Positions 1-6,849 of a stretch of 64,000 nt of DNA are shown here, in pieces (position 1 is the first letter of the stretch; every line of letters begins with the position of its first letter). The notes beneath the pieces are model-generated. The model saw nothing but the letters and a program-made list of their open reading frames with translations. It did not search any database and was not told the DNA's origin. Position numbers and translations under genes: made by a program. Origin of the DNA: Dehalococcoidales bacterium (GTDB lineage: Bacteria; Chloroflexota; Dehalococcoidia; Dehalococcoidales; RBG-16-60-22); assembly GCA_034430675.1 (NCBI GenBank), contig DAOUEB010000027.1, positions 650 through 64,649 on the forward strand. The letters run 5' to 3'.

Positions 1-199
1 CCCGCCTGCGGAAATAGACGGTTACGAACGCAATTTTGTCCAGCTGTTCACCCTGAAAGCAGTCACGACAGATGGTCAGCCCGACATCTTTATACCTGGA
101 GTCGGGTCCGCCAAAGGCCACCAGACACGCCTCGCCGTTCCCGAACTCACGGCCGCAGCGGAGACATGTGTCACTTATGAAATAAGACGATGCTTTCAT
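1..199 (-). CDS. Cys-rich hypothetical protein, N-terminal part only (gene runs off left window edge)
   Basis: Not in ORF track because truncated. Reverse-strand ATG at 199-197 gives MKASSYFISDTCLRCGREFGNGEACLVAFGGPDSRYKDVGLTICRDCFQGEQ...; two CxxC pairs suggest a zinc ribbon. It lies 12 nt downstream of the J-domain gene on the same strand. Confidence 0.35.
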   Translation of the reverse strand, partial: MKASSYFISDTCLRCGREFGNGEACLVAFGGPDSRYKDVGLTICRDCFQGEQLDKIAFVTVYFRRR

Positions 200-211
200 T
201 TTCCCTGCCAC

Positions 212-583
212 CTACTGCCACTTCCTCTCTGCTCTTATCATTTCGTAAGCGGCCAGGATCATCTGGAGCAGGAAACTGGTACCCTTCACCCCGGCCGTAT
301 CGGGATGTAACTTGATGAGTAGCTCGCGGTACCGTTTCTTTACTGCTTCATCCGTCGCCGTCTTCTCCAGTCCCAGCACCCGGTAGGGATCAAACCCATC
401 GCCCCGTCCGACCAGGTTCGGGACCTGCGAAAGGTCGATCCCCATACTGGCGACATAGCGAAGGAAACTCTCCGGGTTGAAGGCGTCGCGAAGCAGGTCG
501 TCCATCCAGCCCTGCACGTTATCGCGCATCTCGCCCAGAATTCTTTCCTGCTCCCGCAGCCGTTTTACGATATCCTCTTCCAT
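212..583 (-). CDS. J-domain (DnaJ-like) protein encoded by the mobile element
   Basis: 123 aa ORF. The C-terminal half DPYRVLGLEKTATDEAVKKRYRELLIKLHPDTAG...AAYEMI has the canonical J-domain helix II / HPD / helix III pattern. Confidence 0.75.
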   Translation of the reverse strand: MEEDIVKRLREQERILGEMRDNVQGWMDDLLRDAFNPESFLRYVASMGIDLSQVPNLVGRGDGFDPYRVLGLEKTATDEAVKKRYRELLIKLHPDTAGVKGTSFLLQMILAAYEMIRAERKWQ

Positions 584-587
584 CCAG

Positions 588-809
588 TTACCACCAGAAG
601 TGTCCGCAGAGTATACCCAGCAAGAATCCGATGAGTATCTGCCACCAGTATTTTCCGGCCAGCTTACCGGCCATTATCCCCATTCCCAGGAAGATGAGCA
701 GAAAGACCAGCGGTGCCTGCTTCTGCTCATCACGGACAATCTCGGTCCACGGTTTGCCGCCAATCTTCCGCCATATCTTCTCGTATAGATTTCCTAGCCA
801 CGCTGTCAT
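588..809 (-). CDS. small two-helix membrane protein
   Basis: ORF track gives 588-869. The internal ATG at 809-807 is preferred: GGAGG lies a few nt upstream and it forms an ATGA overlap with the stop of ORF 806-1060. The product is rich in hydrophobic stretches (LVFLLIFLGMGIMAG, WWQILIGFLLGILCG). Confidence 0.5.
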   Translation of the reverse strand: MTAWLGNLYEKIWRKIGGKPWTEIVRDEQKQAPLVFLLIFLGMGIMAGKLAGKYWWQILIGFLLGILCGHFWW

Positions 810-1060
810 TTCGCCTCCTTCTTCTTGAGCCAGCCTCTTTCCTCCGGCGGTACCGGCGGCCCCATGCAATCGAAATCCGGGCAGCTCTGGCAGACGCTGA
901 AAGCCAGCCGCTGCCCCCTGGCCAGGCGGCTGATGTCCAGGTGCCCGTTATGTGACCGGAGACAGAGCGAGTAGCCCTTAAAGCAATAGATACAATCGCT
1001 TTTCACCTGGGCATGCGAGCACTCGTAGAGCGTTCTTTTCTTCGTCTCTTTCATCTCCAA
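806..1060 (-). CDS. Cys/His-rich hypothetical protein
   Basis: 84 aa ORF with 8 Cys and several His (CSH..., CIYC, CQSCPDFDC). Same strand and translationally coupled to the downstream gene. Confidence 0.4.
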   Translation of the reverse strand: MEMKETKKRTLYECSHAQVKSDCIYCFKGYSLCLRSHNGHLDISRLARGQRLAFSVCQSCPDFDCMGPPVPPEERGWLKKKEAK

Positions 1061-1077
1061 CTCTCCAAATCAGCGCC

Positions 1078-1200
1078 TTAGCGGGGTGAGTCCTTCAGAC
1101 GGGTCTCCGCCATTTTCCGGGCGTTGCAGTAGGTGCACTCAAAGCGGCACCCTTTGAAGACATTCCAGGTTCTGCTAACCGTCTTAAACATCCGGCTCAT
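1078..1200 (-). CDS. 40-aa micro-ORF with CX3CX2C motif
   Basis: Below the ORF-track cutoff. ATG at 1200-1198 overlaps (ATGA) the stop of ORF 1197-1757. Translation MSRMFKTVSRTWNVFKGCRFECTYCNARKMAETRLKDSPR contains CRFECTYC (CX3CX2C). Confidence 0.3.
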   Translation of the reverse strand: MSRMFKTVSRTWNVFKGCRFECTYCNARKMAETRLKDSPR

Positions 1201-1757
1201 TTTGCATTCCTCCGAGACCAGGGTTCCCAGGAAAGAAGCTGTGCCACAGCTTTCAGGTCGTAGTTACGAGAGCCGGGCAGCGTTGAAGGAAGGTGAGGAA
1301 GCACAAAACCACAGATGGGACACCAGTCACATTCAACACTACAGGTCGCTTTATGAAAGACCGCAGCGTCCAGTGCAGGCGAGGGAAGGAGCAGGTAATG
1401 ACTGCAAATCGGGCAGAGGTCGGATTTCCTATGCCACTCCAGGAGCCGGATTCGCTCCATGATGATGCGGTCTGGATTGGCTACTATATCCGCTACGAAC
1501 TGTTTAGCTGCGTCCCTGACCTTCTCCAAATCGTCCTGGCCCAGCCTGGCGAGATAGCAAGAGACGTGCACGTACTCAACAACCTCACCGTTATCATCAC
1601 CCAGTACCAGGATTGGCTCACTCTGCATCATCTGCCACAGCTCTTCTTTAGCGCGCTTGCAGCATCTCAGGAAATGCGTCCGCTTCGTAAAAGGTAGGTA
1701 TTGCTTTATCCGAAAGCGCAGCATTCTGGTTCTCCGAGTGAAGCTTAATCGTTTCAT
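1197..1757 (-). CDS. hypothetical protein (mobile element)
   Basis: 186 aa ORF in the co-directional, abutting gene string. Cys pairs (CPIC, CPIC) but no family recognised. Confidence 0.4.
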   Translation of the reverse strand: MKRLSFTRRTRMLRFRIKQYLPFTKRTHFLRCCKRAKEELWQMMQSEPILVLGDDNGEVVEYVHVSCYLARLGQDDLEKVRDAAKQFVADIVANPDRIIMERIRLLEWHRKSDLCPICSHYLLLPSPALDAAVFHKATCSVECDWCPICGFVLPHLPSTLPGSRNYDLKAVAQLLSWEPWSRRNAK

Positions 1758-2153
1758 CTAGTCCTGCTCCCTTGCCAGCGCCAGAATTCGGCCGCACCAG
1801 GGGCATTGTACGGTTCCGTCTTCCGCCGGTCGGACAAGTACTGGATCGGGGACCACTTTCTCTCTGGAAAGCCGCTCCACTGCCCTGGCCAGCTTCCAGT
1901 AGACATGGCATACTGCTTGAGCTACACCATCAGGGGTTAGGTTGCCCAGGCCGTCCTTACGTGGCAGCACCAGTGTTGGCCACTCCTTGCAGGGTACGTT
2001 TTTAGCTGCCTCCAGCCGGCAAACCTGGTAAACAGGCAAACGCCGCGCTGCCTCGTTAATAAGCTTCTCCGTCAGCGGCACCCGAAGGTCCAAGCTGCGC
2101 TTCGGCTCGCAGACCCCCTTCAATCTCATAAATTCGTCTACGGTTATGCTCAT
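1758..2153 (-). CDS. hypothetical protein (mobile element)
   Basis: 131 aa ORF. Its start overlaps the stop of the upstream ORF (ATGA at 2150-2153). C-terminal CPWC motif. Confidence 0.4.
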   Translation of the reverse strand: MSITVDEFMRLKGVCEPKRSLDLRVPLTEKLINEAARRLPVYQVCRLEAAKNVPCKEWPTLVLPRKDGLGNLTPDGVAQAVCHVYWKLARAVERLSREKVVPDPVLVRPAEDGTVQCPWCGRILALAREQD

Positions 2154-2362
2154 ACCAGTTCGTACTCCGGTAAACTTTTTCGGTCAGGAGCACCAGGGCC
2201 ACAGTGTGAAAGGCGGTATCCTAAATTCGGTCTGTCACCATTTCCTCCGCCATGATGATGCTCCTTGCCACAGAAAGGACAGGTAATATATAAGTCCCAC
2301 ACGCCGTCCCGGCGGCGGATAGCCCTTGTTTTCACCCTGGGTATTTCAGATACTTCCTTCAC
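2150..2362 (-). CDS. small zinc-binding-like hypothetical protein
   Basis: 70 aa ORF with CPFCGKEHHHGGG...HC motif. Coupled to the downstream ORF. Confidence 0.4.
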   Translation of the reverse strand: MKEVSEIPRVKTRAIRRRDGVWDLYITCPFCGKEHHHGGGNGDRPNLGYRLSHCGPGAPDRKSLPEYELV

Positions 2363-2365
2363 AGC

Positions 2366-2683
2366 TTAGTTCCTCCTCAGGGTCACACCTGGCCAGTTAC
2401 TTTCCATGTGCCGGATCCAGACGTCCATGCTGTCCGGGATACCCGTCTCGCCCGCCATGGCCGCTTCCCTGGTAATCGGGAACGCCGGTGACACCGCCTC
2501 GTAGAAATACGGGTTGAACCGGATACTTTCCCGGGCAGCCCTGATATTGGGCGCATGGAAGCGGTCGTAGATGGCGTACTCCCGCCGGTCACGGGAAACA
2601 AGCAGGTGGAAGCGGCACGGATAGGCTTCAACCAGCATGAGGTGATAGCCCTGCTCCTGCCATTCGACCTTTCTCAACTCCAT
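2366..2683 (-). CDS. hypothetical protein (mobile element)
   Basis: 105 aa ORF, co-directional, 3 nt from the next gene. No family recognised. Confidence 0.45.
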   Translation of the reverse strand: MELRKVEWQEQGYHLMLVEAYPCRFHLLVSRDRREYAIYDRFHAPNIRAARESIRFNPYFYEAVSPAFPITREAAMAGETGIPDSMDVWIRHMESNWPGVTLRRN

Positions 2684-2700
2684 AACTTCTCCTTTCCCCT

Positions 2701-3645
2701 TCAGGGGACCAGCTTACGCCTGCGATAGCTGGTCCCCGTCAGAATGACCATCTTGCCCCGGCACATACCGTAAAGCCTGTCCACCGTATCCTCGCGCATG
2801 AGCTCCGTCAGGCTGTCGTCCTCGAGCGCCAGGCGGCTGTTGACCACTACCGGAAGCCCGCGGCTCACCCGCTCGTCGATAATGTACCAGTAGAGCTCCC
2901 TGGTGAAGTCGGACGGCTTCTCCTTGCCCACGTCATCGAGCATGAGGAGCCTGACGGTGCGGAGCTGGGCGTAGATCTGCTCTTCCGTCTCGTGGTAAGG
3001 CTTCTGCGCGTCCGGGATGTTGTAGGTGGCCCGGACTCGTCTGACCAAGCCTGGCCCCTTCTCAAACCTGACCGGAAGCGTGGCGCTGGCCGGGTCTCCC
3101 CTCCAGTTGTCGATAAGGTGATTGGCGATGCAGGCCATGAGCGTGGACTTGCCCACGCCCGGCCCCCTTGAGTACAGGTAGAGCGACGGCATGCCCCTGG
3201 GATTGTCCAGGTCGAAACTCCCGGCGTATTTGCGGCATACCCGCAAAGCCTCCCGCTGGAACTCCGGCTCAAAGTCCTCGAACCGGGTGCAGTGCAGGTC
3301 AGATGATATGCCGCATTCTTTTCGCCACCTCTCCCTGATGGCGACCCTCTCAAGCTCCCGTTCCTGATCCTCCAGCCGCTTCTCTTCCTCTTCGCGCTTG
3401 TGCCGGCAAACCGTACACTCCCTGGGCCTCACTTCACGCGGGGGCTGGCAGAAGAAAAACGTGGTCACCTCGCCCTCGAATTTGCCGCCGCAGGTCCGGC
3501 ACTCGCACTCATCCGTCCTCGTCTCCTGCCTCGGCCTCCTCTCCGCTGATGATGACTGTCCCTCCGGCATCCCGGAAAGCCTGGACAGGATCTTTCCGAC
3601 CGGGGCCAGTCCCCCGCCGCATGTTTGCTGATTCTCGCTGCTCAT
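2701..3645 (-). CDS. DnaC/IstB-like AAA+ ATPase (helicase-loader type) with N-terminal Cys cluster
   Basis: Walker A SRGPGVGKSTLMACIANHL and Walker B LLMLDDVG. N-terminal CECRTCGG...C...CTVC zinc-finger-like region. The start is uncertain (alternative Met at 3570). Confidence 0.8.
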   Translation of the reverse strand: MSSENQQTCGGGLAPVGKILSRLSGMPEGQSSSAERRPRQETRTDECECRTCGGKFEGEVTTFFFCQPPREVRPRECTVCRHKREEEEKRLEDQERELERVAIRERWRKECGISSDLHCTRFEDFEPEFQREALRVCRKYAGSFDLDNPRGMPSLYLYSRGPGVGKSTLMACIANHLIDNWRGDPASATLPVRFEKGPGLVRRVRATYNIPDAQKPYHETEEQIYAQLRTVRLLMLDDVGKEKPSDFTRELYWYIIDERVSRGLPVVVNSRLALEDDSLTELMREDTVDRLYGMCRGKMVILTGTSYRRRKLVP

Positions 3646-4738
3646 TGACTCTCTTTTCCCCCTTCATCCGGCCTTCGACGTAGCTCAACAGGTCTCCCGA
3701 TGGTCTCACACTGGTTGTTTCCCAGATGAGCTTCGCCAGGTAGCCAAAGTCGTAGTTGGCTTTCCTGGCGATAACTCCGATGCGTCCGTGCGGTGGCGCC
3801 CGGCCGGCGCAAACCTGGTAAAGCTCACCCACCCTGGCAATCGCCTCCTTGCGGTTAGGTGCGCCCTTGATTTGCTCCAGGATATTTTCAAAAAGCCCTT
3901 TGTCCGGTAAGCCACCGCCAGGTGGTTTCTCAGGTGAGAACTCACCTGAGTCCTCAGGTGAATTTCTTTTTCGGTTTCCGCTTTCTTTTTCGTATTCTCT
4001 TTCAGTACCCGGGTGATAGAAGGGGGTGTGGGGGAAGGAAGAGGGTTTTTCTGGTTTCTCAGGTGAAATCTCACCTGAAGGCTCACCTGAAAATTCACCT
4101 GAAGTTGTTTCCTCGTTCACCTGAGCAGGTATTGGGAGTTCATCTGAGATAACTTCCGGCGTCAGCTGAGAGGCATTTCCATTCTCACCTGACGTTATTT
4201 TCTGGCTCGCCCGAGCGTTGGTTTTATTCTCACCTGGGACAATTTCATCGCCCGCCTGAGAATCGTTGTGGTTCTCACCCGGGGTAACGTCGCTGCTCAC
4301 CTGAGCACCGTTTTGCCTCTCAGCCGAGGGCGGCCAGTTTTCGGTGACGACCGTTGTAGCCCCCCTCTTATATCGCAGCCGGTCCTTCCAGCCGTTCAGC
4401 GGCGGGTATTCCGAGGGCCACGCCCATTGCGGCCTCTGAATGTCCCACCAGTCAAGAATCTGGATGGCGGCAGAGCGCGGCGTTTCATAGAGTCTTATCA
4501 GGTTATGACGCTCAAGCTCCTCCAGTAAGCCGGGGACATCAGCCTTGGTGATGTGGTCAATGTTGGGGCAGCAAACGTACTTTACCTCTTCAGGATCGCC
4601 GCAAAGCCGGCCCTGGTCATCAGCGTTGGCCCAGATCAGAGGGAAAAGACCAATAGCCTTCAGCGACAGGCGCCCGTACCGCCTGTCGGTGGAATAGCTT
4701 TGGGGGAATACTCTCCCCCTGGCGACGGATCGGCGCAT
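3509..4738 (-). CDS. putative replication initiator / replisome organiser
   Basis: 409 aa ORF immediately upstream of the DnaC-like loader. Central low-complexity SGE/SPE repeat region coincides with the 8-mer DNA array. The call rests on gene order, not on a recognised domain. Confidence 0.5.
   Translation of the reverse strand: MRRSVARGRVFPQSYSTDRRYGRLSLKAIGLFPLIWANADDQGRLCGDPEEVKYVCCPNIDHITKADVPGLLEELERHNLIRLYETPRSAAIQILDWWDIQRPQWAWPSEYPPLNGWKDRLRYKRGATTVVTENWPPSAERQNGAQVSSDVTPGENHNDSQAGDEIVPGENKTNARASQKITSGENGNASQLTPEVISDELPIPAQVNEETTSGEFSGEPSGEISPEKPEKPSSFPHTPFYHPGTEREYEKESGNRKRNSPEDSGEFSPEKPPGGGLPDKGLFENILEQIKGAPNRKEAIARVGELYQVCAGRAPPHGRIGVIARKANYDFGYLAKLIWETTSVRPSGDLLSYVEGRMKGEKRVNEQRESANMRRGTGPGRKDPVQAFRDAGGTVIISGEEAEAGDEDG
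3930..4304. repeat. iteron-like array of TCACCTGA / TCAGGTGA 8-mers inside the initiator gene
   Basis: Perfect 8-mers at 3930, 3942, 3954, 4059, 4071, 4083, 4095, 4117, 4185 and 4297 (both orientations). One-mismatch variants at 4230, 4275, 4253 and 4141. Confidence 0.6.
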
Positions 4739-4836
4739 TACGCCTCCAAAGGATTAAACATATTCACGACTAAGCTTTGTGTATCACCGGTCACTCTCAT
4801 CTCCTTCCGATCTGGGCGAGCATAGCCGCCGTCATC

Positions 4837-5244
4837 TCATCCATCTTTCTTTACCTCTTTGCCCTCTCTTATCCACCCACCTCCGGGCGTAGCGTGCCGA
4901 CGTCTTTGATGGGGTGGGAAGGTACAAAAGACAACCGGGAGCCAGTGCGGCTTCTTATACTGTCTGGCCTGTTTCGCCAGTGGCAGGTTCAGGCTTCCTC
5001 CATCGACAAAGTAGACCAGCACCGAGGAGGGATGCGCGTAAAGCCTGCCCGCTTTGACTAGGCTGGTTAGGGCATCGGCCATGGTCTCACTTATATCGGG
5101 CCAGAGAATGATATTGGGATGTTTCGGTAGAGATAACCAGATTTCGCCGTGGGAATCCTCTCCCAACAGGCGCTTGATTTCAACGAAGCTCACATGCTGC
5201 CTCTCAGATACCAGCCCCAGTATTTTCTGTTCTATATCGTTCAT
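4837..5244 (-). CDS. hypothetical protein (mobile element)
   Basis: 135 aa ORF. ATGA overlap with the upstream ORF at 5241-5244. Confidence 0.45.
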   Translation of the reverse strand: MNDIEQKILGLVSERQHVSFVEIKRLLGEDSHGEIWLSLPKHPNIILWPDISETMADALTSLVKAGRLYAHPSSVLVYFVDGGSLNLPLAKQARQYKKPHWLPVVFCTFPPHQRRRHATPGGGWIREGKEVKKDG

Positions 5245-5558
5245 CCGGCTTCTCCTGAAAACCTCGCCCTGGCCTGTAATACGGTGTCAGCCAGGATGTT
5301 TCGTATAATCAGGTTGGGGTCGGCGTAGTGGTCCCGGGTGATATCGAGGTGATAGATATAGCTTGCTTTTCCCACCATCCAGTCCCCGTTGTTCAGCCTG
5401 GACACAAAGAGACCACCAGCAGTCAGGTTAGCCAGTGTCTCCAGGCATTTGATGGTCTGCTCCACGAGGTATGCTGTGGACGGGCTCATCAGCAGCCGGT
5501 GCTCAGCCAGGCTGTCCTTCCAGAAATGAATTAGAGATTCAAGCTCTTTCATAATCAT
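5241..5558 (-). CDS. hypothetical protein (mobile element)
   Basis: 105 aa ORF, co-directional with the module. Confidence 0.45.
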   Translation of the reverse strand: MIMKELESLIHFWKDSLAEHRLLMSPSTAYLVEQTIKCLETLANLTAGGLFVSRLNNGDWMVGKASYIYHLDITRDHYADPNLIIRNILADTVLQARARFSGEAG

Positions 5559-5711
5559 CGCGCCTCTTCGACAAACTCACGGAAGACCTCTATCCAGCTA
5601 TCACGCCTTGCCCTGCCGTGAGGCGCGATGTATTCTCGCTTCCCCGGATGTTCGTCAAGCCATTAGCCGTCGTCTTGGCTCTTTAGCCTGTTTTTAACTC
5701 GGTGGATGGCA

Positions 5712-5930
5712 TTACCGGGGCAGCGGAGTTTCTAAAGAGTGTTGAACCTCGCTATTCCTGGAAGGCTCTATAAAGCTGTCGTCTGCTGGTTTGCTTATCA
5801 AGCCTTTGCATCTGCCTATAGCAATGGCCAGCTGGAAGAGGGTTTGTAACCTCTCCCTTTCCCGTCTTGAGTCTCCCGATGACAGTAAAGTTATTGCCAC
5901 ATGTCTTCGCTGCATGAGTGTGCCATCCAA
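5712..5930 (-). CDS. hypothetical small protein
   Basis: 72 aa ORF downstream of the RHH gene on the same strand. No motif recognised. Confidence 0.25.
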   Translation of the reverse strand: MDGTLMQRRHVAITLLSSGDSRRERERLQTLFQLAIAIGRCKGLISKPADDSFIEPSRNSEVQHSLETPLPR

Positions 5931-5951
5931 CCTGTTCTGGTAGTAAATAGG

Positions 5952-6170
5952 TTAGCTGTGCTGGCCGTTAGACGGGTCAGCCGGGTTATCTGTAGCCTTG
6001 TCAAAGGGGGGCAGGGAATACTGGAGGGCTACGGCTCGCCTGACCATGGAACCGATATCGGTCCTTTCCAGTTCCGCCATCTTTACCAGCGCCTCGTAAT
6101 CCGCCTCGGAGAAGAGCACCCGCATGGACACCTTGTTTTTGCCGACCATAGGTTGTCTGGTTTTTACCAT
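5952..6170 (-). CDS. ribbon-helix-helix (CopG/Arc-like) DNA-binding protein
   Basis: The segment VSMRVLFSEADYEALVKMAELERTDIGSMVRRAV fits a beta-strand/helix/helix RHH pattern. It is the first gene of the leftward operon, divergent from the XRE gene. Confidence 0.6.
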   Translation of the reverse strand: MVKTRQPMVGKNKVSMRVLFSEADYEALVKMAELERTDIGSMVRRAVALQYSLPPFDKATDNPADPSNGQHS

Positions 6171-6204
6171 TTTTCTCCTCCTGCCTGAGCCTTAAGCAGT
6201 AATC

Positions 6205-6233
6205 ATATTAAGCGTTAATGATAATCTTGTCAA
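6205..6233 (-). promoter_or_regulatory. leftward sigma70-like promoter (TTGACA-17-TAATAT)
   Basis: Reverse strand TTGACA at 6233-6228, 17-nt spacer, TAATAT at 6210-6205. It is about 35 nt upstream of the RHH start. Confidence 0.5.
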
Positions 6234-6243
6234 GTTACCGATT

Positions 6244-6258
6244 GGTAATATTATTACC
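6244..6258. promoter_or_regulatory. candidate operator GGTAAT-N3-ATTACC
   Basis: Inverted repeat GGTAATATTATTACC lying between the divergent promoters. A related half-conserved copy GGTGATATGATTACC sits at 6343-6357. Confidence 0.45.
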
Positions 6259-6324
6259 CTGTCCCACGAATGGAATACCCTGTTATGGCGATGTTGTTCC
6301 GCCAATAAAAAGCGGTTTAGCCTC

Positions 6325-6357
6325 TTGACAGATTACAAACAGGGTGATATGATTACC
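6325..6357 (+). promoter_or_regulatory. rightward sigma70-like promoter (TTGACA-17-TATGAT) overlapped by second operator-like repeat
   Basis: TTGACA 6325-6330, 17-nt spacer, TATGAT 6348-6353. GGTGATATGATTACC 6343-6357 overlaps the -10 element. It is about 40 nt upstream of the XRE start. Confidence 0.55.
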
Positions 6358-6396
6358 TTAAGCTAGAATTTGCAATAATTTGGAGAGAATTTAAAA

Positions 6397-6849
6397 ATGG
6401 CTGTAACTCTGGCACAACTTATCCGGGAAGCAAGGATGCGACAGGGTAATATGACCCAGGGAGATCTCGGGCGGCAGGTGGGTACCAGCATGGAAAATAT
6501 CACCGCCATCGAGAACGGGCGCAACCGGCAGCCGAGCCCCGAACTTATCTCCGGTTTGTCTCAGACTCTCGACCTCGCCGTCGAGGATATCTATGCGGCC
6601 ATTGCCGGCAAGCTGAATCGCCTTCCCTGGGAAAAGGTAGGGGACCTGGATTTATTAGACCCTGAACTGGAGCTGATGTTCCGCCAGGTGGATGACCAGC
6701 TTGAGGGTGAGGCGAGAGATAGGGTGAAGTCCTTTATTCGTTTCACTCTCGATGATGAGAGGCGGAAGCGGCGTCAAGAGAAAAAGGGTAAACAGGCTCC
6801 TGATAAAGCATCTGCGGGGGGACAAGATGGAAAAGAAAATCGAGAATAA
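6397..6849 (+). CDS. XRE-family (Cro/CI-type) HTH transcriptional regulator
   Basis: N-terminal LAQLIREARMRQGNMTQGDLGRQVGTSMENITAIENGRNRQPSPELISGLSQTL is a typical HTH_XRE domain. Confidence 0.8.
   Translation: MAVTLAQLIREARMRQGNMTQGDLGRQVGTSMENITAIENGRNRQPSPELISGLSQTLDLAVEDIYAAIAGKLNRLPWEKVGDLDLLDPELELMFRQVDDQLEGEARDRVKSFIRFTLDDERRKRRQEKKGKQAPDKASAGGQDGKENRE

Noticed and set aside
3930-4304. 8-mer array, and the E/P/A-coding repeats at 25560-25800 and 49640-49760, considered as CRISPR-like arrays
   Set aside because: The repeat units are 8 nt or are irregular codon repeats inside ORFs, with no 25-40 nt repeat-spacer periodicity. No cas genes are present in the window.
5559-5711. Start-less minus-strand frame (…WLDEHPGKREYIAPHGRARRDSWIEVFREFVEEAR) whose stop overlaps the ATG of ORF 5241-5558
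   Set aside because: The ATGA-type coupling is suggestive. However, no ATG/GTG/TTG start exists after the upstream in-frame stop, so I cannot support a CDS without evidence of a frameshift or sequencing error.
6752-6826. Upstream extension of the recombinase ORF (MMRGGSGVKRKRVNRLLIKHLRGDK)
   Set aside because: It overlaps the 3' end of the XRE gene in another frame. The conserved resolvase N-terminus begins right after the Met at 6827, which has a G-rich SD.
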